In this document: positions 1-8,446 of the stretch, piece after piece
How the letters are laid out: each line of letters opens with the position of its first letter
How positions within the stretch are numbered: position 1 is the stretch's first letter
IMG/VR virus record: IMGVR_UViG_3300011723_000019
Location: 2,000-65,999 of that record
Strand: one strand, 5' to 3'
Length of the DNA: 64,000 nucleotides
From: a virus
Lineage: Duplodnaviria > Caudoviricetes
Position numbers and translations under genes: made by a program
Notes under the pieces: generated by a model
Databases searched by the model: none
What the model was told of the DNA's origin: nothing
Seen by the model: only the letters and a program-made list of their open reading frames with translations

Positions 1-1
1 A

Positions 2-259
2 GATAAATATGAAAATAAAAGTGAAGTCATTGCCTATGATAGAGATAGCTATCAAAAAGCTCTTAATGATTATGCCGAGTACGAGTCAAATGCTTCCTCA
101 ATTTATGATGTAGTATTAGTATCAGCTGGCCCATTAGAGGCTTTAAAGAAAGCATATCCGAATTTATTTCTTGACCTCTCTGTTTTTATAGGGTTATTAA
201 CAAAAATGGTAGATGAAGGAGGATTATACTTAGATTTTGCTGAATTTGCAACTACTTAA
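2..259 (+). CDS. Partial (C-terminal 85 aa) RelA/SpoT-domain (small alarmone synthetase-like) protein
   Basis: Open frame from nt 2 to TAA 257-259, translated by hand; DVVLVSAGPLEALKKAYPNLFLD resembles the C-terminal motif of stand-alone RelA_SpoT proteins. The N-terminus is outside the window. Confidence 0.5.
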   Translation, partial: DKYENKSEVIAYDRDSYQKALNDYAEYESNASSIYDVVLVSAGPLEALKKAYPNLFLDLSVFIGLLTKMVDEGGLYLDFAEFATT

Positions 260-276
260 AAGCCTAGACTAACAAT

Positions 277-699
277 CTAGGCTTTTACTATTGGATCAAC
301 CCAATAAATCTTATGATCAGTCAAATTAAGCACATCCATTGGTGAAACGTGACATTCGATAATATCTTCTAATCCATCACCGAGAACATACTTCAGGGCT
401 TCTGCAGACTCGACAGATCCCTCCAATATAGTTCCTTCATCGAGCACATATAAATCAGATGTAATCATATTGACTTTGTTTTTAGTAATCCACTCCCTAA
501 GCTTATCTTTGGTCATTAGGACAACTCTTTCTCCAGCCTCCTTGGCTTCTCTTATCTCTTCATCTGCAACGTCTGGAAATTCTTTCCTTACAGTCGCTTC
601 GTATAAATCCCATTTTCCTGTGCGGATAGCTTCGTTTCTTAAATAAAGCTTTCGGCCGTACTCTCCGACTTCGTTAAAGTATTGTTGCAATGTTTTCAT
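277..699 (-). CDS. Hypothetical protein (140 aa)
   Basis: Clean ATG ORF, adjacent to the next minus-strand gene. Confidence 0.75.
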   Translation of the reverse strand: MKTLQQYFNEVGEYGRKLYLRNEAIRTGKWDLYEATVRKEFPDVADEEIREAKEAGERVVLMTKDKLREWITKNKVNMITSDLYVLDEGTILEGSVESAEALKYVLGDGLEDIIECHVSPMDVLNLTDHKIYWVDPIVKA

Positions 700-702
700 A
701 AT

Positions 703-972
703 CTAAAATTCTATAAATACGCTTCCAAATAGGTCCTCATCACGTATATTGTTCAATGCATCTTCAATAACTAAAATATTCGGTTCTTGGAATGGCACGG
801 CCGTGACACCTTCACAATCCAAAGCAACCAGCCAATCCATAACATTAGGTACCGCGATAGCCTTCCATGTGACATTACTGTTGTCTTCACAATCGGCTGG
901 GGCAATAAGGACATTGTACCCTTTGCTCTGAAGTTCTTTCAATACCGAATGACTAACCTTTGCAAATCGCAT
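703..972 (-). CDS. Hypothetical protein (MRFAKV..., 89 aa)
   Basis: ORF track starts at 1041, overlapping SRAP; the in-frame ATG at 972 avoids the overlap. Confidence 0.65.
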   Translation of the reverse strand: MRFAKVSHSVLKELQSKGYNVLIAPADCEDNSNVTWKAIAVPNVMDWLVALDCEGVTAVPFQEPNILVIEDALNNIRDEDLFGSVFIEF

Positions 973-1005
973 TTTATTTGTACTTTTAAGTAAATATAAG
1001 AAATT

Positions 1006-1692
1006 ATGTGTTACCATACTTCGACCCCGAGCACCAAGCAATTAGTAGACGCTTTACAAGGAAAAAACGTTCATTACCAAAATGAAGAGATATTCCATGT
1101 CAGCGGATTTACTCGGCCATACCTCCCTGTGACACTAAACGAGAGCCAAGACAGCATTGTTGCTGCACGATGGAAGCTTATCCCTTTTTGGGTAAAAACT
1201 GAAGATGATGCAGCCAAATACGCTAACACATTGAACGCCGAATCAGAATCTATTTTTGAAAAGGCTTCATATAAAAACTACATCGGCAAAACCCGTGGTC
1301 TACTCTACGTCAATGGCTTTTACGAACCTCATAAAGTTGCTGGTCAAAAAGAAACTGAAAACTATTACATATACACACCAACAAAGGAAATTTTCACTAT
1401 CGGTGTTGTATATTCAAATTTCAAAGATTACGAGACTAACAATGTCTATCCGACCTTTTCAGTTATCACGACAGCTGCCAATCCCTTACTCGAGGAGATC
1501 CATAATGAGAAAAAGAGAATGCCATTAATCATACCTCCCGATCGTCGCGATGCCTGGCTAAACGCTAGCACCAAGGAAGACGTTCAGCAACTAATGATTC
1601 CTTATGAAGGTGAGCTTGGAGCGCATAAAGTTTTCCGTGTAACCGGAGCCAAAGGTGACACCAACCGTCCAGACATTCAGGACGCTATTTAA
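1006..1692 (+). CDS. SOS response-associated peptidase (SRAP/HMCES/YedK family, abasic-site protection)
   Basis: N-terminal M-C (catalytic Cys2), NAESE, GFYEP and IHNEKKRMPLII motifs. Confidence 0.92.
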   Translation: MCYHTSTPSTKQLVDALQGKNVHYQNEEIFHVSGFTRPYLPVTLNESQDSIVAARWKLIPFWVKTEDDAAKYANTLNAESESIFEKASYKNYIGKTRGLLYVNGFYEPHKVAGQKETENYYIYTPTKEIFTIGVVYSNFKDYETNNVYPTFSVITTAANPLLEEIHNEKKRMPLIIPPDRRDAWLNASTKEDVQQLMIPYEGELGAHKVFRVTGAKGDTNRPDIQDAI

Positions 1693-1873
1693 GCTTTTTT
1701 ATTCTCTCCTTCACAACCCATTTTATAGCGGCTTCAAGTTCGTCAGGCCACTGCTTTAATCCTTCTTCAAGTATCTTTGCACCAGTCTCAATTCCAACAT
1801 TTTGAGCCGCCAGTAACGCCGACTCCCTTACGTGATTTACATATCCTTCAGGTGGTTGTTTGCTTATTTCCAT
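1685..1873 (-). CDS. Small hypothetical protein (62 aa)
   Basis: ATG ORF divergent from 1931 and convergent with SRAP. Confidence 0.6.
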   Translation of the reverse strand: MEISKQPPEGYVNHVRESALLAAQNVGIETGAKILEEGLKQWPDELEAAIKWVVKERIKKLK

Positions 1874-1903
1874 AATTCAAATTTAAAATTATTCTTGACA
1901 AAA

Positions 1904-1920
1904 TACTAAAAATGTTAGTA
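1904..1920. promoter_or_regulatory. Palindromic operator TACTAA-N5-TTAGTA (candidate SOS/LexA-type box)
   Basis: Perfect 6-bp arms in the 57-bp gap between divergent genes 1873(-) and 1931(+). Confidence 0.55.
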
Positions 1921-1930
1921 ATTTTACATC

Positions 1931-2398
1931 ATGAAACCTCTTGAAGTCTATTGCCGAAATCGCGTAATTTACGTCCAAATGACTGTGCATGATAAAAGCA
2001 TGGGCATGAAAGATTATCATCTTTACAACAAAAATGGTCTTGCTTTTTATGTTTTCAGGAAGTCTCAAGGGTTTTGGGAACTAGCATACGGTGAACTTGC
2101 CGACGATATAAAGGAAGCTTGTATCGACGCTCTTATACTTCGCTTTGATACTGATGTGCCTGAGCTATTCTATCACCAAGGCAAGCGCCAGATTGTGGAA
2201 GTTAGAGCGAAGAAATATAGCCTTTGGCATATCTACCTAAACAACTCCTATGTTGGCAGCATCGATTATGATAAGTATTCAAAGGCTTTTGATTATCATA
2301 TTGAAGATAACAGCTTATTAACCGACGACCACGTTCAAAAGTACATTGGTATGATCCAACGTGGCGAATTAAAGTGGATAAAGGATGATATTCGATAA
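1931..2398 (+). CDS. Hypothetical protein (155 aa)
   Basis: ATG ORF; C-terminal domain resembles the next gene. Confidence 0.8.
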   Translation: MKPLEVYCRNRVIYVQMTVHDKSMGMKDYHLYNKNGLAFYVFRKSQGFWELAYGELADDIKEACIDALILRFDTDVPELFYHQGKRQIVEVRAKKYSLWHIYLNNSYVGSIDYDKYSKAFDYHIEDNSLLTDDHVQKYIGMIQRGELKWIKDDIR

Positions 2399-2609
2399 CT
2401 TTGAAGTCGATGGTGAGCCACAGGTTTTGGAGATTACCTCACTCATGGGCGGCTATTTTCATGTGTACATCAATAGATACTTTATAACAAGTATTTCTTA
2501 CACCACCGAAGGCTGGCGCGTTCATTTCAACAACAATTCATGGTTATCCCGGGATGAAGCGGATATAATGATTGAGATGATCGAATCAGGGGAAATTCCT
2601 ACGTTATAA
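2385..2609 (+). CDS. Hypothetical protein (74 aa), paralogous to the C-terminal half of 1931..2398
   Basis: HVYINRYFITSISY...NNSWLSRDEADIMIEMIESGE aligns with HIYLNNSYVGSIDY...DNSLLTDDHVQKYIGMIQRGE. Confidence 0.7.
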   Translation: MIFDNFEVDGEPQVLEITSLMGGYFHVYINRYFITSISYTTEGWRVHFNNNSWLSRDEADIMIEMIESGEIPTL

Positions 2610-3031
2610 AAAAAGGCTGATCTCACGACCAGCCATAACTAAATTATAATTAAATCCGTACTGGACCGGGATATACATTGAAAAATGGCCAGGCCTTAAA
2701 CCTGACCATACAAATAAATCAACCAACTGAACTGATAGACTTTGATGGATCGTCAATCAGTGGACAAAAGCAAAATACTCTTGGTTTGATAAAAATTAAA
2801 AAAGCCTTGAGTGGGGAACCCAAGGCTTTAGCCATTATTAACCTATATTTTTGAAAAGTATCTATAGTACAAATCTAATTCCACTTTTGTTTAAAAAAAA
2901 GGCCGAGACTGAGAATCTCGACCTAGACATGTTTTATAGTTACCTATTATTGAGAATTTGTATAACAAGTAATATTTAGAATTGTTTTGCTAAATAAAAA
3001 AACCTTGAGTCTGGGAGGGATCTCAAGGTTT
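2608..3031 (-). ncRNA. Tandem array of five hairpin+U-tract units (candidate small RNAs or stacked terminators)
   Basis: Stems at 2615-2634, 2685-2709, 2801-2829, 2900-2924 and 3000-3031, each preceded on + by an A-run; all mismatches are G-U pairs on the minus strand; TAGATTTG promoter element at 2877-2870. Confidence 0.5.
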
Positions 3032-3136
3032 GTTAAATACTACCTACTTAGAAAAGTACATATAATACAATATCGAATAACGTTTGGTTTTAATAAAATA
3101 AAAAAAGGCCGAGTTACAAAATCCTTCTTAACTTCC

Positions 3137-3436
3137 TCATTTTTTATAACTCTTTTGATCCCAAGCAATATATTGCACCAATGACTGTGATGCAGCCACT
3201 GCAGCTAAGTCTGTTACTAACAATAGACATTTAGCATTCGGTATATCCTGATGGAAATGAACGATTCCCTCACGCATCCATCTGTCAACGTTTGTTCTTC
3301 CGTATAGTTTATATGCTTTACTTTTGGCTATATAGCCAGGAACAATATTCGCTTGTACTAGCGCCTCTTGAGCACCTAATTTTGCAGCATCCTTAAGCAT
3401 CGCCGCTAGTTTATAATCTAATTGCATATCAAACAT
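3137..3436 (-). CDS. Excisionase-like DNA-binding protein
   Basis: KSKAYKLYGRTNVDRWMREG winged-HTH-like segment typical of Bacteroidota Xis-like genes. Confidence 0.6.
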   Translation of the reverse strand: MFDMQLDYKLAAMLKDAAKLGAQEALVQANIVPGYIAKSKAYKLYGRTNVDRWMREGIVHFHQDIPNAKCLLLVTDLAAVAASQSLVQYIAWDQKSYKK

Positions 3437-3928
3437 TATTTTTTCAAAGATAATGGGAATTCAACACTCATTTTAATAACGCTTTTGCTATGGAGCGTTA
3501 TGTGAGACAATAAATTCCTCCATACTTACCGCAGGGTATAGATGGGGGAATTTTGAGTCTATGCGGAACATATCTTTGTTATGTTGATTAAATAATAACA
3601 CAAAATACTTAACACACTCAAAGATGCCAAATAAAGCAATAAGACAAAAAAACAACGAATTATTTCATCTTCTTGGTGTTTTATATTTAGAAGTAATACA
3701 AGGCAAAGCAGACCAAGAAGAAGCTAAGAAAAGACTAAAATATATCGATAAAAAACTGGCTAAAATTAAAAGTAAGCTTAGTAATACCAAATATTTATAA
3801 CATTGATAATACTCTGCTGGAAAGTCCACGTTGTCCACAGAACGAATGACAACCACGACTATTTTCCTTCACCAACCCTTCAAGGTACTTTTGTCTTGTT
3901 GATTAAGTAATATTAAACGATAATAGAA

Positions 3929-4105
3929 ATGAAAGAAAAAACTAAAAATTTGATTGACGATTCAGAATTATGCAGAATCCTGGATATTCACCGGACCACA
4001 TTATACAAATGGCGCAAAAAGAATTGGATTCCATTTTATCAGATTGGAAGAAATATAAAATACGACTTAGACGAAGTATTAGCGTTTGCCAAAAGTTTAA
4101 ACTAA
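3929..4105 (+). CDS. Excisionase/MerR-type HTH protein (58 aa, below the ORF-track cutoff)
   Basis: Hand translation MKEKTKNLIDDSELCRILDIHRTTLYKWRKKNWIPFYQIGRNIKYDLDEVLAFAKSLN. Confidence 0.8.
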   Translation: MKEKTKNLIDDSELCRILDIHRTTLYKWRKKNWIPFYQIGRNIKYDLDEVLAFAKSLN

Positions 4106-4109
4106 ACCT

Positions 4110-4373
4110 ATGAATGACATTGTATCAAACCCATTCCAAACGCTCTATGATGCTATTTTGGAATTAAAGCAGGAAATAACAGATTTAAAGCAATTGAACT
4201 CCGCAATTGACGATCGTCTAATGTCTCGCCAGGAAGCTGCAGCATATTTAAAAGTACATGTTGACACTGTCACAAGACTTGCTAGCTCTGGTCAATTAAA
4301 AAAATCGAACATAGGTCGGAACCTGAAATTTAGAAAGTCGGACTTAGATCAATATTTAAATAACAACGCATAA
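4110..4373 (+). CDS. Excisionase-family HTH protein
   Basis: LMSRQEAAAYLKVHVDTVTRLASSGQLKKSNIGRNLKFRKSDLDQYL, HTH_17-like. Confidence 0.85.
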   Translation: MNDIVSNPFQTLYDAILELKQEITDLKQLNSAIDDRLMSRQEAAAYLKVHVDTVTRLASSGQLKKSNIGRNLKFRKSDLDQYLNNNA

Positions 4374-4376
4374 AAA

Positions 4377-4406
4377 AAAAGCTACTTAATGCAGGTAGTA
4401 GCTTTT
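4377..4406. terminator. Bidirectional intrinsic terminator
   Basis: AAAAGCTACT-N10-AGTAGCTTTT. Confidence 0.7.
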
Positions 4407-4505
4407 GGACAAATTCTTTATTTACAATCTATAACAGTGCTAAGATAAAGATTTATGTCCAATTATGCAAATTATTGAATAACAAATGGATATAACTCAT
4501 GTATT

Positions 4506-7109
4506 ATGCAGAACGGTAATGTAGAACATACACAAAAAAGCATTACATACACACAAAACAACCTTGACAATAACAATATTTCTCTATCAGATATTTGGCC
4601 CCAAATAAAACTTTTGTTGGCCGATGGTATATCTTTAATTCCCGTTCGAGATAAAGATCACGGGGATAAAAAAGCTAAATCGCCGTGTATGGTTTCTTGG
4701 AAGCCCCAACAGACCGAACGCATGACCGAAGCTGAGTTATGGGAAGCAATGAACCAATATGATACTACAGCTATCGGGGTTGTGTGTGGTGAAATATCAG
4801 GCCGTTTAGAGCTTATAGATATTGATAGCAAGTATAAGCCCGGTATAGAAGCCTTGCTATTAAAGGATTTTGAAAAATTGTATCCTGAGATATTTCCTAA
4901 ATTACGTATTCATGCTACACCTTCAGGAGGTAGGCATGTTATGTACAGAATCGAAGATCATGACGTTGAAGGAAATTTAAAGCTCGCTGGACGTTTTGCG
5001 ACCGATGATGAAGTAAAAGACCAAATAAAGGCCGGAAAGAAACGCCCAACCAAAACGGTGAACTTCTTGGAGACGCGTGGTGAAGGTGGTTATTTCTTAT
5101 ACCCTCCATCCCTTGGCTATTCTGTAGTTCAAGATGTGCCAATCCCAGTAATTACATGGGAAGAGCGTTGTGGTTTAATCAATTTATGTCGGACGTACAA
5201 CGAAGTGGTTAAAGTGGCTCCTACACCGCAGCCAACAAAATCCCAAAACGACTATTATACAACCAATCCATTTGAGGATTTCAATAACCAGTGTGATCCG
5301 GTGCAGCTCATGGAATCGCAAGGTTGGAAGTTCCTTCGTGAAAATGCACGCTTTATTTGGTTTACACGTCCGGGTAAAGAGGATGGTGTTTCTGCAAGCT
5401 GGAACCATGAGAGACGTGTTTTCTTTGTTTTTACTAGCTCTACTGACCTTGACAGCAATCGCGGATACAATCCGGCATCTCTGCTTGCTGAGTTTGGATT
5501 TTCAGGGGATAAGAAAAAAGCATATAAGTATCTTGTTGACAACGGATATGGTAAAATAAAACCTGCTGTCGAAAAAAAGATTATTGCCCAAGCTGTAAAT
5601 AAAAAGATCAATGGCCCAGCCAATCTTAGTGAAGGAGGTAAAAACGAAATCAATACAGGTATTCAGCAAAGTATTATTGCCCATCCTTTTGGTGAGTTTT
5701 GGAAAATAGATGACGGCATAAGCATCCATTTGAGCGATGTTATTTTTGTCCTCAAAGGGTTGGGATTTTGTGACCATTTAGGCAGACTATGCAAATTCAA
5801 TTTTGACACCCGTATTGTGTCTAATTGCGAAGATGAACTAAATAACCTGATTGATAGTCTACGTGATTATGTGAAAATTGAAGATGGTAACCTGCTGGAC
5901 GATATATTCAATGCTATCGAAGAAAAGCTAAGCACAAAAGTAAAGTATATTAGGAGCCGACTACCAAGGCTGGATATGAAATATATATTAGCTGACAAAG
6001 CAAGCGTAGCTTATAAATGCTACACTAATTGTATCCTGGCAATATCTGCCGATGGAGTCAAACAGTTGGATTATGAATGGCTAAAAGGTCAGGATCTATT
6101 TGTTTTTGATTCTCAGATACAGCAGCGAGAATATTATTTCGATCAACCCAGTTCCGACCTTTATAAAACTTATCTAACCAACGCCACTAGGTACACAGAC
6201 CATGTGAAAAATTGCTTGGGCTACCTTGCCCACAAGAAAAAAGTAAAGGATAGAGCCTACCTTATAATATTGACGGAGGAAGTACCCAATATTAAAGACG
6301 GCGGAGGATCCGGAAAGAATGTATTTACAGGGTCTCTTAGCTGGACTACAACCGTGCATGAGGTTGATGGGGCTATAGTAAAAACTGACGAAAAGATGCT
6401 GCAGTCTTGGAACGGCCAAAATATTTTCGTTATGTCAGATCTTCGAAAGAATTTTTACTGGCCAATGCTTAAGAACCCTGTTTCTGATAACATGACTATC
6501 AAAAAGCTATACAAGGACGAAAGCAGTATACCATTCGAATTATCACCAAAGTTTGTTGCGTCTACTAATTTTTCTTATGATATATCCGACGGAGGGCTTA
6601 AGCGTAGAGCAAGGCCTATAGAGTTTACACCTTTTTACACAAAAAACGGCGGTGTCAAAAAAGTACACGGGAAAATGTTTCCTGACGATTTTACCGCAGA
6701 GGATTGGATGAGCTATGATGAAGTGATAATTGAATGTATCCAATATCATTTACAACAAGATGGACAGATCGACGAAGTTGTGTTGTCAGAAGGTGGGCAG
6801 TACAAACAATTAGTGTTAAAATATGGTGAGGACTTATTTGAGAGAATCAGTGACTTTACTGATGAACTAATCGACGATCGTCCGATGGGTTTCGTTAAAA
6901 ATCTAAAAGATGAGATAGCATCATACCTTGATCAGTTCCAAAATCGGTTCCAAAAAATTTCATCTTTTTCAATTTACGAACTCATTTCCTATTTCGCAGA
7001 GAAAAAAGGATTTGAATTTTCCTACAATAAACGCAAAGGGATGAACAATCAAAAAAATGAAAAAAATTGGATATATGAGTTTATAGAGCAAGATTTTTTG
7101 GAACCTTAA
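4506..7109 (+). CDS. Bifunctional primase-polymerase (Prim-Pol) fused to a P-loop helicase-like domain
   Basis: GVVCGEISGRLELIDID, TPSGGRHVMYR and ETRGEGGYFLYPPS Prim-Pol motifs; GGSGKN Walker A. Confidence 0.88.
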   Translation: MQNGNVEHTQKSITYTQNNLDNNNISLSDIWPQIKLLLADGISLIPVRDKDHGDKKAKSPCMVSWKPQQTERMTEAELWEAMNQYDTTAIGVVCGEISGRLELIDIDSKYKPGIEALLLKDFEKLYPEIFPKLRIHATPSGGRHVMYRIEDHDVEGNLKLAGRFATDDEVKDQIKAGKKRPTKTVNFLETRGEGGYFLYPPSLGYSVVQDVPIPVITWEERCGLINLCRTYNEVVKVAPTPQPTKSQNDYYTTNPFEDFNNQCDPVQLMESQGWKFLRENARFIWFTRPGKEDGVSASWNHERRVFFVFTSSTDLDSNRGYNPASLLAEFGFSGDKKKAYKYLVDNGYGKIKPAVEKKIIAQAVNKKINGPANLSEGGKNEINTGIQQSIIAHPFGEFWKIDDGISIHLSDVIFVLKGLGFCDHLGRLCKFNFDTRIVSNCEDELNNLIDSLRDYVKIEDGNLLDDIFNAIEEKLSTKVKYIRSRLPRLDMKYILADKASVAYKCYTNCILAISADGVKQLDYEWLKGQDLFVFDSQIQQREYYFDQPSSDLYKTYLTNATRYTDHVKNCLGYLAHKKKVKDRAYLIILTEEVPNIKDGGGSGKNVFTGSLSWTTTVHEVDGAIVKTDEKMLQSWNGQNIFVMSDLRKNFYWPMLKNPVSDNMTIKKLYKDESSIPFELSPKFVASTNFSYDISDGGLKRRARPIEFTPFYTKNGGVKKVHGKMFPDDFTAEDWMSYDEVIIECIQYHLQQDGQIDEVVLSEGGQYKQLVLKYGEDLFERISDFTDELIDDRPMGFVKNLKDEIASYLDQFQNRFQKISSFSIYELISYFAEKKGFEFSYNKRKGMNNQKNEKNWIYEFIEQDFLEP

Positions 7110-7346
7110 GCTTCTTTTGGAACAATTTGGTTTTTTTTTGGAACCTAAAAACAGCCTTTAAATATGTTTAAAGCAATATTTTTAGGATGGTTCCAAAAAA
7201 CCAAAGTATTTTCTTTAAAACTCAACAGAAAATAAAAAAAGAATGATGATTAAAATATACGCTAAAAACAGTGGGGTTAAAAACAAAATGATTTTTATTT
7301 CCTGTATAAAAAAAGTTTTAGGCGTTTTTTATAGATTTTTTGGAAC
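7098..7346. repeat. TTGGAAC iteron cluster with AT-rich core (candidate origin of element B)
   Basis: TTGGAAC at 7098, 7117, 7138 and 7340; GTTCCAA at 7190; core TTTAAATATGTTTAAAGCAATATTTT at 7157-7182; directly after the primase gene. Confidence 0.7.
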
Positions 7347-7354
7347 CAAGAAAA

Positions 7355-7726
7355 ATGACAGATAAACAAATGATCGAAATACTAAAAAAAAGACACCCTG
7401 ACGTCTATGCGAAAATAAAAGCGACAGATGTAGGGAGCATAAATAATACCCTTGTTGACCTAGCTTGGTTCTTCTCTGGTATGTATGAGCAGCGGACTAA
7501 TATATTTATTTGTGCCTGTTTATTGAAGTATTCTCCGAATACCATAGTAGACAATTCGAGGGTGACTCATGGCTTGGTTGGGGAAATGGCCCGTGTAAAA
7601 GGTGTTACTAAGGGAGCTATCAGCCAGAAAATAACTACAGCGGTATTTCAGTACCAGCATTATGCAGATATAGAAGAAAAAGCAAACAGAATATTGGATA
7701 AATTAAATAATGTGATTTATGAGTAG
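7355..7726 (+). CDS. Hypothetical protein with possible C-terminal HTH
   Basis: ATG 7355 is in frame with the track ORF; GEMARVKGVTKGAISQKI is HTH-like. Confidence 0.65.
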   Translation: MTDKQMIEILKKRHPDVYAKIKATDVGSINNTLVDLAWFFSGMYEQRTNIFICACLLKYSPNTIVDNSRVTHGLVGEMARVKGVTKGAISQKITTAVFQYQHYADIEEKANRILDKLNNVIYE

Positions 7727-8093
7727 TAAGAAAGTAAAAGTGAATACTGAAGATCAATGGAGCATTGATTTTATGAATAAGAAAGTTTCAGATGAAAGAA
7801 AGAAGATGCAGTCTTGCGAGGAAGGGTTTAAAAGATATGTTATGCGTAGAGCATTTTTTGTCTTAAATAAAAATTACCGATCATTTAATATGCTAAACGC
7901 AATAGCGAATAAAGCAATAGAGAATCTTATCTACAATTATGATTATCAGCTTCCTTTCAATCAAGATCATGTTGATAGATCAATAGTTGAAGTGTTTCTA
8001 AAATATGGTTCAAAGTATTGGATAAAGAAAACCGGATGGTTCGGCAAAGACAGAAGAAAAGACACTTATATCGAAAATTTCAAAGGTGAATAG
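7719..8093 (+). CDS. Hypothetical protein (124 aa)
   Basis: Start overlaps the previous stop. Confidence 0.75.
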   Translation: MSSKKVKVNTEDQWSIDFMNKKVSDERKKMQSCEEGFKRYVMRRAFFVLNKNYRSFNMLNAIANKAIENLIYNYDYQLPFNQDHVDRSIVEVFLKYGSKYWIKKTGWFGKDRRKDTYIENFKGE

Positions 8094-8131
8094 AGGTAGT
8101 AATTTTTGAAAACAACAAAGAAATACAGAAT

Positions 8132-8446
8132 ATGGCAGTAAAAGGAAAAACTAACAATCCCAATGGAAGACCAAAGGGAGTTCCCAACAAAGTGACAACG
8201 GATTTGAGAGGTGGAATTGACGCATTTCTGAAAAACAAATGGAACGAAGTTTATGAAATTTGGGATAGATTGGATGACAAAGATAAAATCCTGTTTATGG
8301 ACAAAATGATGAAGTACGCTATTCCAACATTACAATCTACAACAATTGATGCCAAGGTTGAATCAAATTCAAAATTGGAAAAGTTGAATGCTACGCAATT
8401 AAACACATTGATAGATCAAATTTTGGAAGAAGATGAGAATACATGA
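8132..8446 (+). CDS. Terminase small-subunit-like protein
   Basis: N-terminal GKTNNPNGRPKGVPNK motif common in phage TerS-like proteins; helical C-terminus. Confidence 0.55.
   Translation: MAVKGKTNNPNGRPKGVPNKVTTDLRGGIDAFLKNKWNEVYEIWDRLDDKDKILFMDKMMKYAIPTLQSTTIDAKVESNSKLEKLNATQLNTLIDQILEEDENT

Noticed and set aside
2608-3110. Hairpin array as a CRISPR array
   Set aside because: Stems differ in sequence between units; there is no constant repeat with unique spacers
2987-3184. 65-aa plus-strand ORF
   Set aside because: TTG start, runs antisense across terminators and the 3137 gene, low-complexity translation
3665-3856. 63-aa minus-strand hydrophobic ORF
   Set aside because: GTG start with no upstream extension (TGA four codons up); hydrophobicity may simply reflect A-rich DNA; cannot be supported
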